This document shows, in pieces, positions 52,160 to 60,046 of a stretch of DNA of 64,000 nt (positions within the stretch are counted from its first letter, which is position 1; each line of letters begins with the position of its first letter). This DNA is from Nannocystis bainbridge (GTDB lineage: Bacteria > Myxococcota_A > Polyangia > Nannocystales > Nannocystaceae): NCBI RefSeq assembly GCF_028368995.1, contig NZ_JAQNDL010000003.1, positions 1,408,001 to 1,472,000 on the forward strand, given 5' to 3'. Under the pieces are notes generated by a model. That model did no database searches. It saw nothing but the letters and a program-made list of their open reading frames with translations, and was not told the DNA's origin. Made by a program: the position numbers and the translations under genes.

Positions 52160-52228
52160 CGCAGTCTCACCAATGCCCATACCGCGAGCCGAGCCCGCGA
52201 CAGCCAACAATCCGGGGTGGGTTCAATC

Positions 52229-52272
52229 GGCCCTCCTCGCCCGCAGCGAGCCGCCCAGGCGCGAGGAGGGCC
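52229..52272 (-). promoter_or_regulatory. Intercistronic hairpin between the precursor and MNIO genes
   Basis: Perfect 12-bp inverted repeat ggccctcctcgc/gcgaggagggcc. Confidence 0.55.
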
Positions 52273-52324
52273 CGTATTTCCCCGGCGCGCCGATGCGGCC
52301 CGCCGGGCGCGAACCGGCGCGGCG

Positions 52325-52399
52325 CTAGCCCTTGCAGCTGCCCGCGCGCACGTTCGTCTTGACCTTCACCCCACCCTTGACACCCTTTTTCTTCTGCAT
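52325..52399 (-). CDS. Putative RiPP precursor peptide, 24 aa, MQKKKGVKGGVKVKTNVRAGSCKG
   Basis: AGGAGG RBS 7 nt before ATG, mostly G/C third codon positions, co-oriented directly upstream of the MNIO, single Cys in terminal SCKG. Below the ORF-track length cut-off. Confidence 0.75.
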   Translation of the reverse strand: MQKKKGVKGGVKVKTNVRAGSCKG

Positions 52400-52516
52400 T
52401 CAAAAGCCTCCTGTAAAAGCCATTTTTAAAGCTAGCCGAGCCCCTCCGCACCGTCAAGGCGCGCCGGCGCACGATTCACGGCCGCATCCGCGCCGCGGCT
52501 GGTATCGTCATAGTCG

Positions 52517-53218
52517 ATGCCCGCCTTCGTCGTCTCGCTGCGCGAGCCCAATTACGGCAGCCCCGTCGCCGCCGAAGTCGTCGGCGACGTCGCTGTGGTC
52601 GCCGTCGCCAGCGCATGGGGAGCGTGGACCGGACTCGAGGCCGAGCAGCCCGCCGTCCTCGGCGCCCAGACCTCGCTCGCCGCCGACGCGCGCGCCGGCG
52701 CGACCGACTGGCGAGCCGCGCTGGTGCGAGCATTCGCTGGCGCCTCCGCGCACATCAGCCGCCTGCCCCCGCCCGAAGACCCCGAGTGGGCCCCGCTCAC
52801 CTCGCTGACCTGCGCCGTCGTCACGCCCGCGCAGATCTTCGTCGGCTGGCTCGGCGGCGTCACGGCCTGCGTGCTCGACGATCGTCGCCTCGCCCGCGAG
52901 TCAGAGCCGCACACGCTCATCCGCCAGCTGCTCGCCGAGGGCCACAAGACCGCGGCGCTGGGCGGCATGGCCCTCAGCCTCGGCCACATCATCGTCCGCA
53001 GCGTCGGCCCCGCGGGCCACCCCGCCCCCGCGCCCGAGCTCGTCGAGTGGCCGCCGCTGCAGCCCGGTCAACGCCTGCTGTTGACCCCGCGGGCCACCGT
53101 CGCCGCGCTGCGCGGCAGCTTGCCGCTCGCGCAACTCGGCGGCGATCCATGGCTGCACGCCGCCGTCTCGACGTGCGACGAGATCGGCCACCGGATCGGC
53201 GCCCTCGTCGAACCATGA
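52517..53218 (+). CDS. Degenerate PP2C/PPM phosphatase-like protein
   Basis: PP2C-like order of segments (TSLTCAVV, VGWLGG, PHTLIRQL, HIIVRSVG, LQPGQRLLL), but the metal-binding Asp residues are missing. Confidence 0.55.
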   Translation: MPAFVVSLREPNYGSPVAAEVVGDVAVVAVASAWGAWTGLEAEQPAVLGAQTSLAADARAGATDWRAALVRAFAGASAHISRLPPPEDPEWAPLTSLTCAVVTPAQIFVGWLGGVTACVLDDRRLARESEPHTLIRQLLAEGHKTAALGGMALSLGHIIVRSVGPAGHPAPAPELVEWPPLQPGQRLLLTPRATVAALRGSLPLAQLGGDPWLHAAVSTCDEIGHRIGALVEP

Positions 53219-53235
53219 ATCCATGCGTCCCATCG

Positions 53236-53328
53236 GTCTCCAAGGACATGTCTCGAGAGACACATCAATCGCTCACGCGTGAGCCCGACCGTAAACTCTG
53301 TCTCCAAGGACATGTCCCGAGAGACAAT
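53236..53328. repeat. Two copies of a 27-bp double unit of the 14-bp array
   Basis: gtctccaaggacatgtc(t/c)cgagagaca at 53236 and 53300. Confidence 0.8.
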
Positions 53329-53342
53329 CTTAAAAAAAGGAC

Positions 53343-53756
53343 TCATTCACCGGTCGCTTCGAGCAGCAGCTCGCGCAGCATCGTCCGGTGGCAGCGATCC
53401 GCGTCGAAGCACGCGCTCGAGCACAGCAGCGTGATCGTCTCGCCCGCGGCCACCCGCTCCGCCAGCGCCAGCACCTGCGCGTGCGCCGGCTCGTGCCGCA
53501 TCTCGCTGCGGTAGCGCCGGCGGAACATGCGATCGCTGATGGGAGCCTGCTGCTTGCCATGGAACGCCGCCAGCAGCTCCGGGCTCGGGCTCACCTCCTT
53601 GATCCACTCGTCCCACGTCTCGTCCTCGTGCCGGACCCCGCGCGGTCGGTAGCGGCACACCAGGATCCGCGTGCCCTCGCCCCGGTGCGCGCGATCGTTC
53701 CACCGCCGTGTGTGGATCTCCCCGGCCCTGCCCCGCATGTCGAGCGCCGCCGTCAT
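53343..53756 (-). CDS. DUF488 (YeaO-like) family protein
   Basis: RILVCRYRPRGVR, WIKEVSPSPELL, ITLLC...CHR. Confidence 0.85.
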   Translation of the reverse strand: MTAALDMRGRAGEIHTRRWNDRAHRGEGTRILVCRYRPRGVRHEDETWDEWIKEVSPSPELLAAFHGKQQAPISDRMFRRRYRSEMRHEPAHAQVLALAERVAAGETITLLCSSACFDADRCHRTMLRELLLEATGE

Positions 53757-53845
53757 CGCTTCACCATGGCACGCCGGCGCTCAGGCGCCGATCAAAACCA
53801 CCTCGCTTGCGGCTCGCCCCTCCGCTTGTCACCCTCTCCTGGCTC

Positions 53846-54997
53846 ATGCGGTCGACCTCGCTCGCGCTGCTCGCCCTCGTCCTCGCCGCCCCCCGGCTCG
53901 CCCACGCGGCAGCGCGCTGCGAGCTGACGGGCTCGCCCGCGCTCCTCGGACGGATCGTCGGCGACGATCGCCTCGCCGGCGCGCTCGACGTCCGCCGCGG
54001 CGCCGCGATCGAGGTCCACCTGGTCGCGCCCGGCCGCCTCGACGGCAAGCCCGTCCTGTTCGCCGACACCGGCGCCGCCCGTCACGTCTCGTGGTCCGGG
54101 TCCGGCTGTCCCAAAGCGCAGGTCCGATGGCGCCGCGTCGAGCCGCGCATGCAGCACATCACCACCCCCGCGCCCAACGCCGCGATCGCCATCTACGCCA
54201 ACGCCGTGGTGTTCGGGCCCACCCACGGCACCTGGCTCGGCCACGACCACCTCGAGTACTTCGAGACCGCGCAGCCGGCCGGCGACGACCTGTGGACCTT
54301 CACCGTCCGCGACGCCCGGCCCAGCGAGCCCGCCCTCGCCGACGCCCGCCTGCCCGAGTACCGCGACCTCGGCACCATGCGCCTCGCCGCCACGATCACC
54401 GGCCCCGACGCTCGCGCCCGCGCCACCCCTGACGCCGATGATGCTCCGCGCGGGCAGATCGGCGACGACGTGTTCCGCTACAGCGTGCGCAGCGGCGACG
54501 GCCTGTTCGGCTGGCTCACCTCCTACTTCAACGTCCCCTACGTGTTCGGCAGCGCCGGCGTCGGCGCGCGCAGCCAGGCCGAGCGCCGCGTCGGCGTCGA
54601 CTGTGCCGATCTCATCGTCGCCGGCCTGCGCCGCGCCGGCCGCCCCGACCTCGCCTACTCGAGCGTCGGCGGCCTCGTCCGTTCGCTCGAGCGCGTCACC
54701 GAACCACTCGAGGTCCACGCCCGCGGCGACGCCCTCGACCCCGCCATCTACGCCCCGCGCCCCGGCGACATCCTCGCCCTCGACTATGTGAACAGCGCCG
54801 CGCTCCCGCGCCCGTGGGACCACATCGTCGTGCTCGCCGTCGACCGGGGCCCCGGCGGCGGTCCGGCTGACGGCCGCCTCGGCCCCGACGACCTCGTCGC
54901 CGACATCGGCGACGCCCAGGGCCTCAAGTTCGCCCCGCTCGGCGACCAGGGCGACGTCCGCGTCCTCGTCCTGCGCGCCCGCGGCGTCGAAGGCTGA
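53846..54997 (+). CDS. Secreted protein with a C-terminal NlpC/P60-like cysteine hydrolase domain
   Basis: Signal peptide; PYVFGS...GVDCADL, PGDIL, WDHIVV. Confidence 0.6.
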   Translation: MRSTSLALLALVLAAPRLAHAAARCELTGSPALLGRIVGDDRLAGALDVRRGAAIEVHLVAPGRLDGKPVLFADTGAARHVSWSGSGCPKAQVRWRRVEPRMQHITTPAPNAAIAIYANAVVFGPTHGTWLGHDHLEYFETAQPAGDDLWTFTVRDARPSEPALADARLPEYRDLGTMRLAATITGPDARARATPDADDAPRGQIGDDVFRYSVRSGDGLFGWLTSYFNVPYVFGSAGVGARSQAERRVGVDCADLIVAGLRRAGRPDLAYSSVGGLVRSLERVTEPLEVHARGDALDPAIYAPRPGDILALDYVNSAALPRPWDHIVVLAVDRGPGGGPADGRLGPDDLVADIGDAQGLKFAPLGDQGDVRVLVLRARGVEG

Positions 54998-55025
54998 CGC
55001 CACGACCGAGTCGAGGCTCTCTTCA

Positions 55026-55103
55026 CCCATGTCCCAAAGAACATGTCCTCCGGAAAATGCCCTTCAAGACATGTCTTGAAGAACATTCCCCGAAGGACAT
55101 CCC
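55026..55103. repeat. 14-bp-phased array (6 junctions)
   Basis: Cores at 55028, 55042, 55056, 55070, 55084, 55098. Confidence 0.8.
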
Positions 55104-55110
55104 GAGATCC

Positions 55111-56124
55111 TCACACAGGGTCGCTCGCCAGCGTCACCCCGAGCGCCGAGCCCAGCGCCAGCAGTTGCCGCGGCGACGCGCAGCCCAGGTGCTCCGGCGA
55201 CAGCTTCCCTGCTCGCCGGCGCAGCAGCCACGACCCGGCCGGGTGGGCGGCAGCCGCCCTTCCGAACTCCTCCCCGGCCGTCTCGGCGATCCGTGCCACC
55301 TCCGCGTCGAGCCGCTCGCGCAATTGCGGCAGCGCCCCGCGCAGCGTCGTCAGCCAATGCTGCACCTGGTCGAGCACCGCCCCGTCGAGCTCCGGATCGC
55401 GGAGCGAGCGGACCTTCTTCTCGATCTGCTCGAACGTCATCGTCTGCCACGGCAGCGTGCGCAGCACCGGCGCTTGCCACTCGCCGCGCACCCGCGCCCA
55501 GTGATCGGCGCGCGCCGGCACCGACACTAGTTTAAACTGCGGCAGCAAGAGCCCCGTCAGCCGCATCCCGTGGCACACCCCGGTGTCGATGCCGAAGATC
55601 CGGTCGCGCAGCACCAGCGGCTCCGGTCCGACCACCGCGTGCCCGAACACCACCGGCTTGTCGTCGTCATAAAACTCGTACCAGGGCCGCTCGCCGAAGC
55701 GCTCACGCAGCCGCGCCTCGCCCGACGTCGTGCCCGCGCGCACGTCCTCCGGCACCTCGTCGAGCGGCACCCCGGGGAACAGCCCCCAGTGGACCACCCG
55801 CACGTCGTCGCGCTCCCAGTGGTACGGCAGCGTCGCCATCCAGCCGACGTGGTCCGCGTAATCGGCCCCGAGCTGCAGCTTCGCCACCTGCTGCGAATAC
55901 GAAAGCACCCCGCGGATGTGCTTGCGCTCGTGGTTGCCGCACAGCGCCAGCGAGTGCGGCCGGCTGCGAAACAGCTCGACCACCGAGCTCGGGTCGGGCC
56001 CGCGGTCGACCAGGTCGCCGACGCTGACCACCAGGTCGTCGTCGCCGATCGCCGCCACGTCGAGGAGGTCGAGCAATTCGGCGTAACAGCCGTGAATGTC
56101 GCCGATGATGAGCGTGGACTGCAT
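55111..56124 (-). CDS. Calcineurin-like metallophosphoesterase (ApaH/PrpA type) with a helical C-terminal extension
   Basis: GDIHG, GDLVDRG, GNHE, FGH, IDTG. Confidence 0.9.
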   Translation of the reverse strand: MQSTLIIGDIHGCYAELLDLLDVAAIGDDDLVVSVGDLVDRGPDPSSVVELFRSRPHSLALCGNHERKHIRGVLSYSQQVAKLQLGADYADHVGWMATLPYHWERDDVRVVHWGLFPGVPLDEVPEDVRAGTTSGEARLRERFGERPWYEFYDDDKPVVFGHAVVGPEPLVLRDRIFGIDTGVCHGMRLTGLLLPQFKLVSVPARADHWARVRGEWQAPVLRTLPWQTMTFEQIEKKVRSLRDPELDGAVLDQVQHWLTTLRGALPQLRERLDAEVARIAETAGEEFGRAAAAHPAGSWLLRRRAGKLSPEHLGCASPRQLLALGSALGVTLASDPV

Positions 56125-56257
56125 GACACCTTCTCCTTCGGCGCGCGCCGATGCGCTCGACGCCGCCCGCGCGCCGCGGATCTCCGCGCGCGCCAGATCG
56201 CACCAACTGCGCGGCGAACCCCGTCGCCGCGTCGCGTCCGGGTATAAAGGGCACCCC

Positions 56258-57241
56258 GTGGCCGCGCGAGGACAAAATTCCGGACAACCCACGTGGGCCG
56301 TCTATCTCGACGGTCTGGTCGAGGAGCACGGCTCGCTCGCCGCCGTCGCCGAGCGCATGGCCGCGCTCCACGGCTGGCGCGAGGACGTCGAGAGCATCAC
56401 CCGCGCCCTCCGTCGCCTGCGCCTGCGCGGCAGCCTGCCCGGCGGCAAGTGGGGCGACCGGCTGCTGCGCACCTTCGGTCTGCCGGCCAGCGTCGACGCC
56501 CGCCTGCGCTTCATGGGCAGCTATCACTCGCGCTTCGTCGACCTGCCCGTGTCGCTGTGCACCGACCTCGTGCAGCTGTGGGACCGCCCGCCCACCAGCG
56601 AGAGCCGCGGCGGACGCCTGTGGCTCTCGCTCGCGCGCGCCACTCTGGCCCTGCGCGCCCGCCATCCCGACGAGGCCGCCACCCACCTCGCCACCGCCAA
56701 ACCTCTCGCCACCGACGACCCCGCGGCGCAGATCGAGCTGGCCCTCTCCGAATCACTGCTCGACAGCCGCGCGCGCCCGACCTCCGCCTCGGCCGCGCTG
56801 GCCCACGTACCCGAGCTCTTGCGATCGCTGACCGGGCCTGACGCCGACTGCCTGCGCGCCCGCTACGTCGGTCAGGTCAGCCACGCGCTCAATCACGCTG
56901 GCGACATCGACGGCGCCGAGGCCCTGCATTTCGCCCTGCCCGACGCCGCCACCACCCACCCCTTCGCCCGCAGCCGCCGCGCCAACGGCCTCGCCTACGC
57001 CCGCTTTCGCCACGGCGACCTCGCGGCCGCCCGCGAGCACGCCCGCCTCGCCGCCCGTCACGCCGGCGACGCCGGCCACGTCCGCCTGCGCGCCATGGCC
57101 CTCCTCATGGTCGTGCGCGTCACCCACGGCACCCCCGAGGCCGCCGAGTCCCTCGCCCGCGCCCGCGCGATCGCCCACGCCCTCGAGGACGCGACCTTGC
57201 TGTCCCGCTGCGACGCCGCCGAGCGCGGCCGCCTGCCCTGA
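56258..57241 (+). CDS. Hypothetical all-helical protein (possible N-terminal HTH, TPR-like C-terminus)
   Basis: GC3 bias; divergent from the phosphoesterase gene. Start uncertain. Confidence 0.6.
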   Translation: MAARGQNSGQPTWAVYLDGLVEEHGSLAAVAERMAALHGWREDVESITRALRRLRLRGSLPGGKWGDRLLRTFGLPASVDARLRFMGSYHSRFVDLPVSLCTDLVQLWDRPPTSESRGGRLWLSLARATLALRARHPDEAATHLATAKPLATDDPAAQIELALSESLLDSRARPTSASAALAHVPELLRSLTGPDADCLRARYVGQVSHALNHAGDIDGAEALHFALPDAATTHPFARSRRANGLAYARFRHGDLAAAREHARLAARHAGDAGHVRLRAMALLMVVRVTHGTPEAAESLARARAIAHALEDATLLSRCDAAERGRLP

Positions 57242-57331
57242 TCGCCGCATTCCCTGCGACTGCCACCATTCCACCGACCTCTTGCTTATTTTCTCCCCAA
57301 GCTCGCCTGCAAACGCGGCATCCTCCCGATC

Positions 57332-57589
57332 ATGACCACCCCGCGAACGCTCCTCCTCGCCCTCGCCGGCCTCCTCGGCGCCTGCGCCGGCAAGTCGAAC
57401 CCTCCGCCCGCCGACAACCCCGGCGGGGTGGCCTGCACCATGGAAGCCAAGGTCTGCCCGGACGGCAGCGCCGTCGGCCGCACCGGCCCGAACTGCGAGT
57501 TCGCCCCCTGCCCCGGCCCCGCCGGCGAATCGCCCGAGAGCGAGACCCCGCCGCCCGCCGAGCCGCCGAACCCGCCGCCGTCGCCCTGA
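57332..57589 (+). CDS. Small lipoprotein with a 4-Cys module CTMEAKVCPDGSAVGRTGPNCEFAPC
   Basis: Lipobox LGAC; paralog immediately downstream. Confidence 0.8.
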   Translation: MTTPRTLLLALAGLLGACAGKSNPPPADNPGGVACTMEAKVCPDGSAVGRTGPNCEFAPCPGPAGESPESETPPPAEPPNPPPSP

Positions 57590-57611
57590 CCGGGTAGCGC
57601 CCGAACGCATG

Positions 57612-57707
57612 GACATGTCCCAAAGAACATGCTCCATGCGACATGAGACACAACTGTAGCGATGGCTCGCCAGGACATGTCCAACAGGACATGTCCAACA
57701 GGACACG
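57612..57707. repeat. 14-bp-phased arrays between the two paralogous lipoproteins
   Basis: Cores at 57614, 57628, 57642 and 57676, 57690, 57704; exact tandem caggacatgtccaa. Confidence 0.8.
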
Positions 57708-57872
57708 GGTCGAGCAAGCAATCCCGCTCACCTGTCCCTCCGAGCAGGTCCTCGAGGCCATGCAAACGAACTCGCGCGCCAACACCCTCGTCGCCCACCG
57801 GCCTCGACCGTGCCGCGCTCCGCTGAAAATGCCTACCCAACGGCCGGCGGACGGGGCATCGTCACCGCGGTC

Positions 57873-58100
57873 ATGAACACCACGCGCACGCTCCTCTTCA
57901 TCGTCGCCGGCCTCGTCGGCGCCTGCAAGTCGGACAAGCCCCCCGCCGAAGATCCCGGCGCCCCCAAGGCCTGCACCAAGGAGGCCAAGGTCTGCCCCGA
58001 CGGCAGCACCGTCGGCCGCACCGGCCCCGATTGTGAATTCGCCGCGTGCCCCGAGGGCAGCGAGACCCCCGAGACGCCCGAAGAGCCGCCCACGCCCTGA
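57873..58100 (+). CDS. Small lipoprotein, tandem paralog (CTKEAKVCPDGSTVGRTGPDCEFAAC)
   Basis: Lipobox VGAC; near-identical Cys module. Confidence 0.8.
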   Translation: MNTTRTLLFIVAGLVGACKSDKPPAEDPGAPKACTKEAKVCPDGSTVGRTGPDCEFAACPEGSETPETPEEPPTP

Positions 58101-58329
58101 GCCCCTCTAATCCGGTGCGCGCGGGCGGGCGACCCAACTGCTCGCGTCCTCGGTGCACACGCGACGAGCCCGCAGCGCCCGCCGCCCGCTTCACGCATAG
58201 TGGCGGCCCCCGCGGCCGGCTGCGCGCTCGCAGCCGCCGCCGCTCGCCGGCCCACCGCTCCCCGCTCTCACGCCACCGCGGCCCGCCCGGCCCCCGATCG
58301 GCCCACACCGTGCCGACCGAGGTTGTCCC

Positions 58330-58659
58330 GTGAAGCCGACCCTGCCTCTCTCCTGCGCCCTCACGGCGCTCCTGGCCGCCGCGCCCGCCCTCGCCTATTT
58401 CGTCTGCCCGGACGAGCGCGCCTCCCCGCCCGAGACCGAGCCCGCCTCGTTCGGCGTCACCAATCACAGCCCCGCCGACGTCTACCTCTTCTGGCTCGAC
58501 GCTGACGGCCAGCGCCAGTTCCAGGCCACCATCTACGCGGGCGGCTATCACCTGCAGCAGACCTGGTTCGGCCACGTGTGGGTCGCCACCACCGTCTACG
58601 AGGATTGCCTCGCCACCTTCGTCGGCGAGCTCGACCACGTCGACTACGACGTCTGGTGA
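58330..58659 (+). CDS. Secreted VHL beta-domain-like protein
   Basis: Signal peptide; VTNHSPADVYLFWLDADG...QQTWFGHVWV. Confidence 0.7.
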   Translation: MKPTLPLSCALTALLAAAPALAYFVCPDERASPPETEPASFGVTNHSPADVYLFWLDADGQRQFQATIYAGGYHLQQTWFGHVWVATTVYEDCLATFVGELDHVDYDVW

Positions 58660-58827
58660 TTCCGCCGCCGAGTCATCACCTGTCTCTCCGGACATGGGAT
58701 CAACGCCGAGCCCGCCACGCATTCTCCGCCGTCGCGCCCCTGCTCCGTCGCTCGCGCGAAATCAAGCCCGCCCCGGCGCCCCCCGCGAGCGGGCCCGCCC
58801 CCGCGCGCTACGCTGCCACGCACCGCC

Positions 58828-59943
58828 ATGCGCGACCCACTCGTCGAGCTCACCGAGCGCGGCCTCTACTGCCGCGCGGGCGACTTCTACATCGACCCCT
58901 GGCAGCCGGTCGACCGCGCCGTCGTCACCCACGCCCACAGCGACCACGCCATCGGCGAATGTGCGCACTACCTCACCGCGGCGCCCGGCCGTGACCTCCT
59001 TGCCATGCGCGTCGGCGACGGCGCCGCCATCCAGCCGCTCGCTTACGGCGAAGCGATCGTCCACCACGGCGTCGGCGTCTCGCTGCACCCGGCCGGTCAC
59101 ATCCTCGGCTCGGCCCAGGTCCGGCTCGAGCACCACGGCGAGGTGTGGGTCGTGTCCGGCGATTACAAGCTGAGCCCCGACCCCACCTGCGCCGCCTTCG
59201 AGGCGGTGCGCTGCCACTGCTTCATCAGCGAATCGACCTTCGGCCTGCCGATCTTCCGCTGGGCCCCGCCGGCCGCCACCATGCACGACGTCGCCGCCTG
59301 GTGGCGCGCCAATCAACAGAGCGGCCGCACCTCGCTGCTGCTGTGTTACGCGCTCGGCAAGGCCCAGCGCCTGCTCGCCGGCCTCGACCCCGAGATCGGC
59401 CCGATCTACGTGCACGGCGCCGTCGAGCGCTGCAACGCCGTCTATCGGGCCGGCGGCGTGCGCCTGCCCGCGGCCCCGCCGGTGCTCGAGGCGGCCCGCA
59501 GCGCCGAGTTCGAGCGCGCCCTGATCCTCGCCCCACCTTCCGCCCAGGGCACCCCGTGGACCCGCCGGTTCAAGCGTCCGGTCCGCGGTTTCGCCTCCGG
59601 CTGGATGCAGATCCGTGGCACCCGTCGGCGCAAGGTGGTCGACCGCGGCTTCGTCCTGTCCGACCACGCCGACTGGCCCGAGCTGCTGGCCGCGATCGCC
59701 GGCACCGGGGCCGAGCGCGTGCTGGTCACCCACGGCTACGCCCAGGCGCTGGCCCGCCACCTTTGCGAGCGCGGCCTCGACGCCCAGCCGCTCGCCACCC
59801 GCTTCGTCGGCGAAGCCGGCGGCGAGGAGGTTTTGCCCGCACCCGAGCCCACGGACGCGAGCGACCCCCCGGAGGATGAGCCCGCGGAGGATGAACTTTC
59901 GGACATGTCCGAACCACCAGCCTCCGAGGAGACCGCACCATGA
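58828..59943 (+). CDS. Ligase-associated DNA damage response exonuclease (metallo-beta-lactamase/beta-CASP)
   Basis: IDPW, THAHSDH, AGHILGSAQ, SGDYK, ESTFGLP, YALGKAQR, SDHADW. Confidence 0.92.
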   Translation: MRDPLVELTERGLYCRAGDFYIDPWQPVDRAVVTHAHSDHAIGECAHYLTAAPGRDLLAMRVGDGAAIQPLAYGEAIVHHGVGVSLHPAGHILGSAQVRLEHHGEVWVVSGDYKLSPDPTCAAFEAVRCHCFISESTFGLPIFRWAPPAATMHDVAAWWRANQQSGRTSLLLCYALGKAQRLLAGLDPEIGPIYVHGAVERCNAVYRAGGVRLPAAPPVLEAARSAEFERALILAPPSAQGTPWTRRFKRPVRGFASGWMQIRGTRRRKVVDRGFVLSDHADWPELLAAIAGTGAERVLVTHGYAQALARHLCERGLDAQPLATRFVGEAGGEEVLPAPEPTDASDPPEDEPAEDELSDMSEPPASEETAP

Positions 59944-60046
59944 CCTCCGCGCCTCATCATCCTGTCCTCGGAGACATGCTCGAAGCGACATATCATCATT
60001 GTCCCGAGCGCCATTTTAATAATGACCCTCTCCGGGGCTCCGCGTC

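Noticed and set aside
52167-52472. 101-aa ORF-track entry as the MNIO precursor
   Set aside because: No RBS or coding bias. The overlapping 24-aa ORF in another frame has a perfect RBS, GC3 bias and a terminal Cys motif.
55111-56124. Metallophosphoesterase as the PdeM partner of the exonuclease-ligase system
   Set aside because: It has GDLVDRG/GNHE PPP-ApaH-type motifs, is on the opposite strand and is separated by unrelated genes.
57612-57707. GGACATGTCC matches the eukaryotic p53 half-site; TGTC...GACA resembles MrpC/CRP-type sites
   Set aside because: The p53 match is treated as coincidence in a bacterium. CRP/MrpC-type sites span about 16 bp rather than 14 and are not known to form such phased chains.
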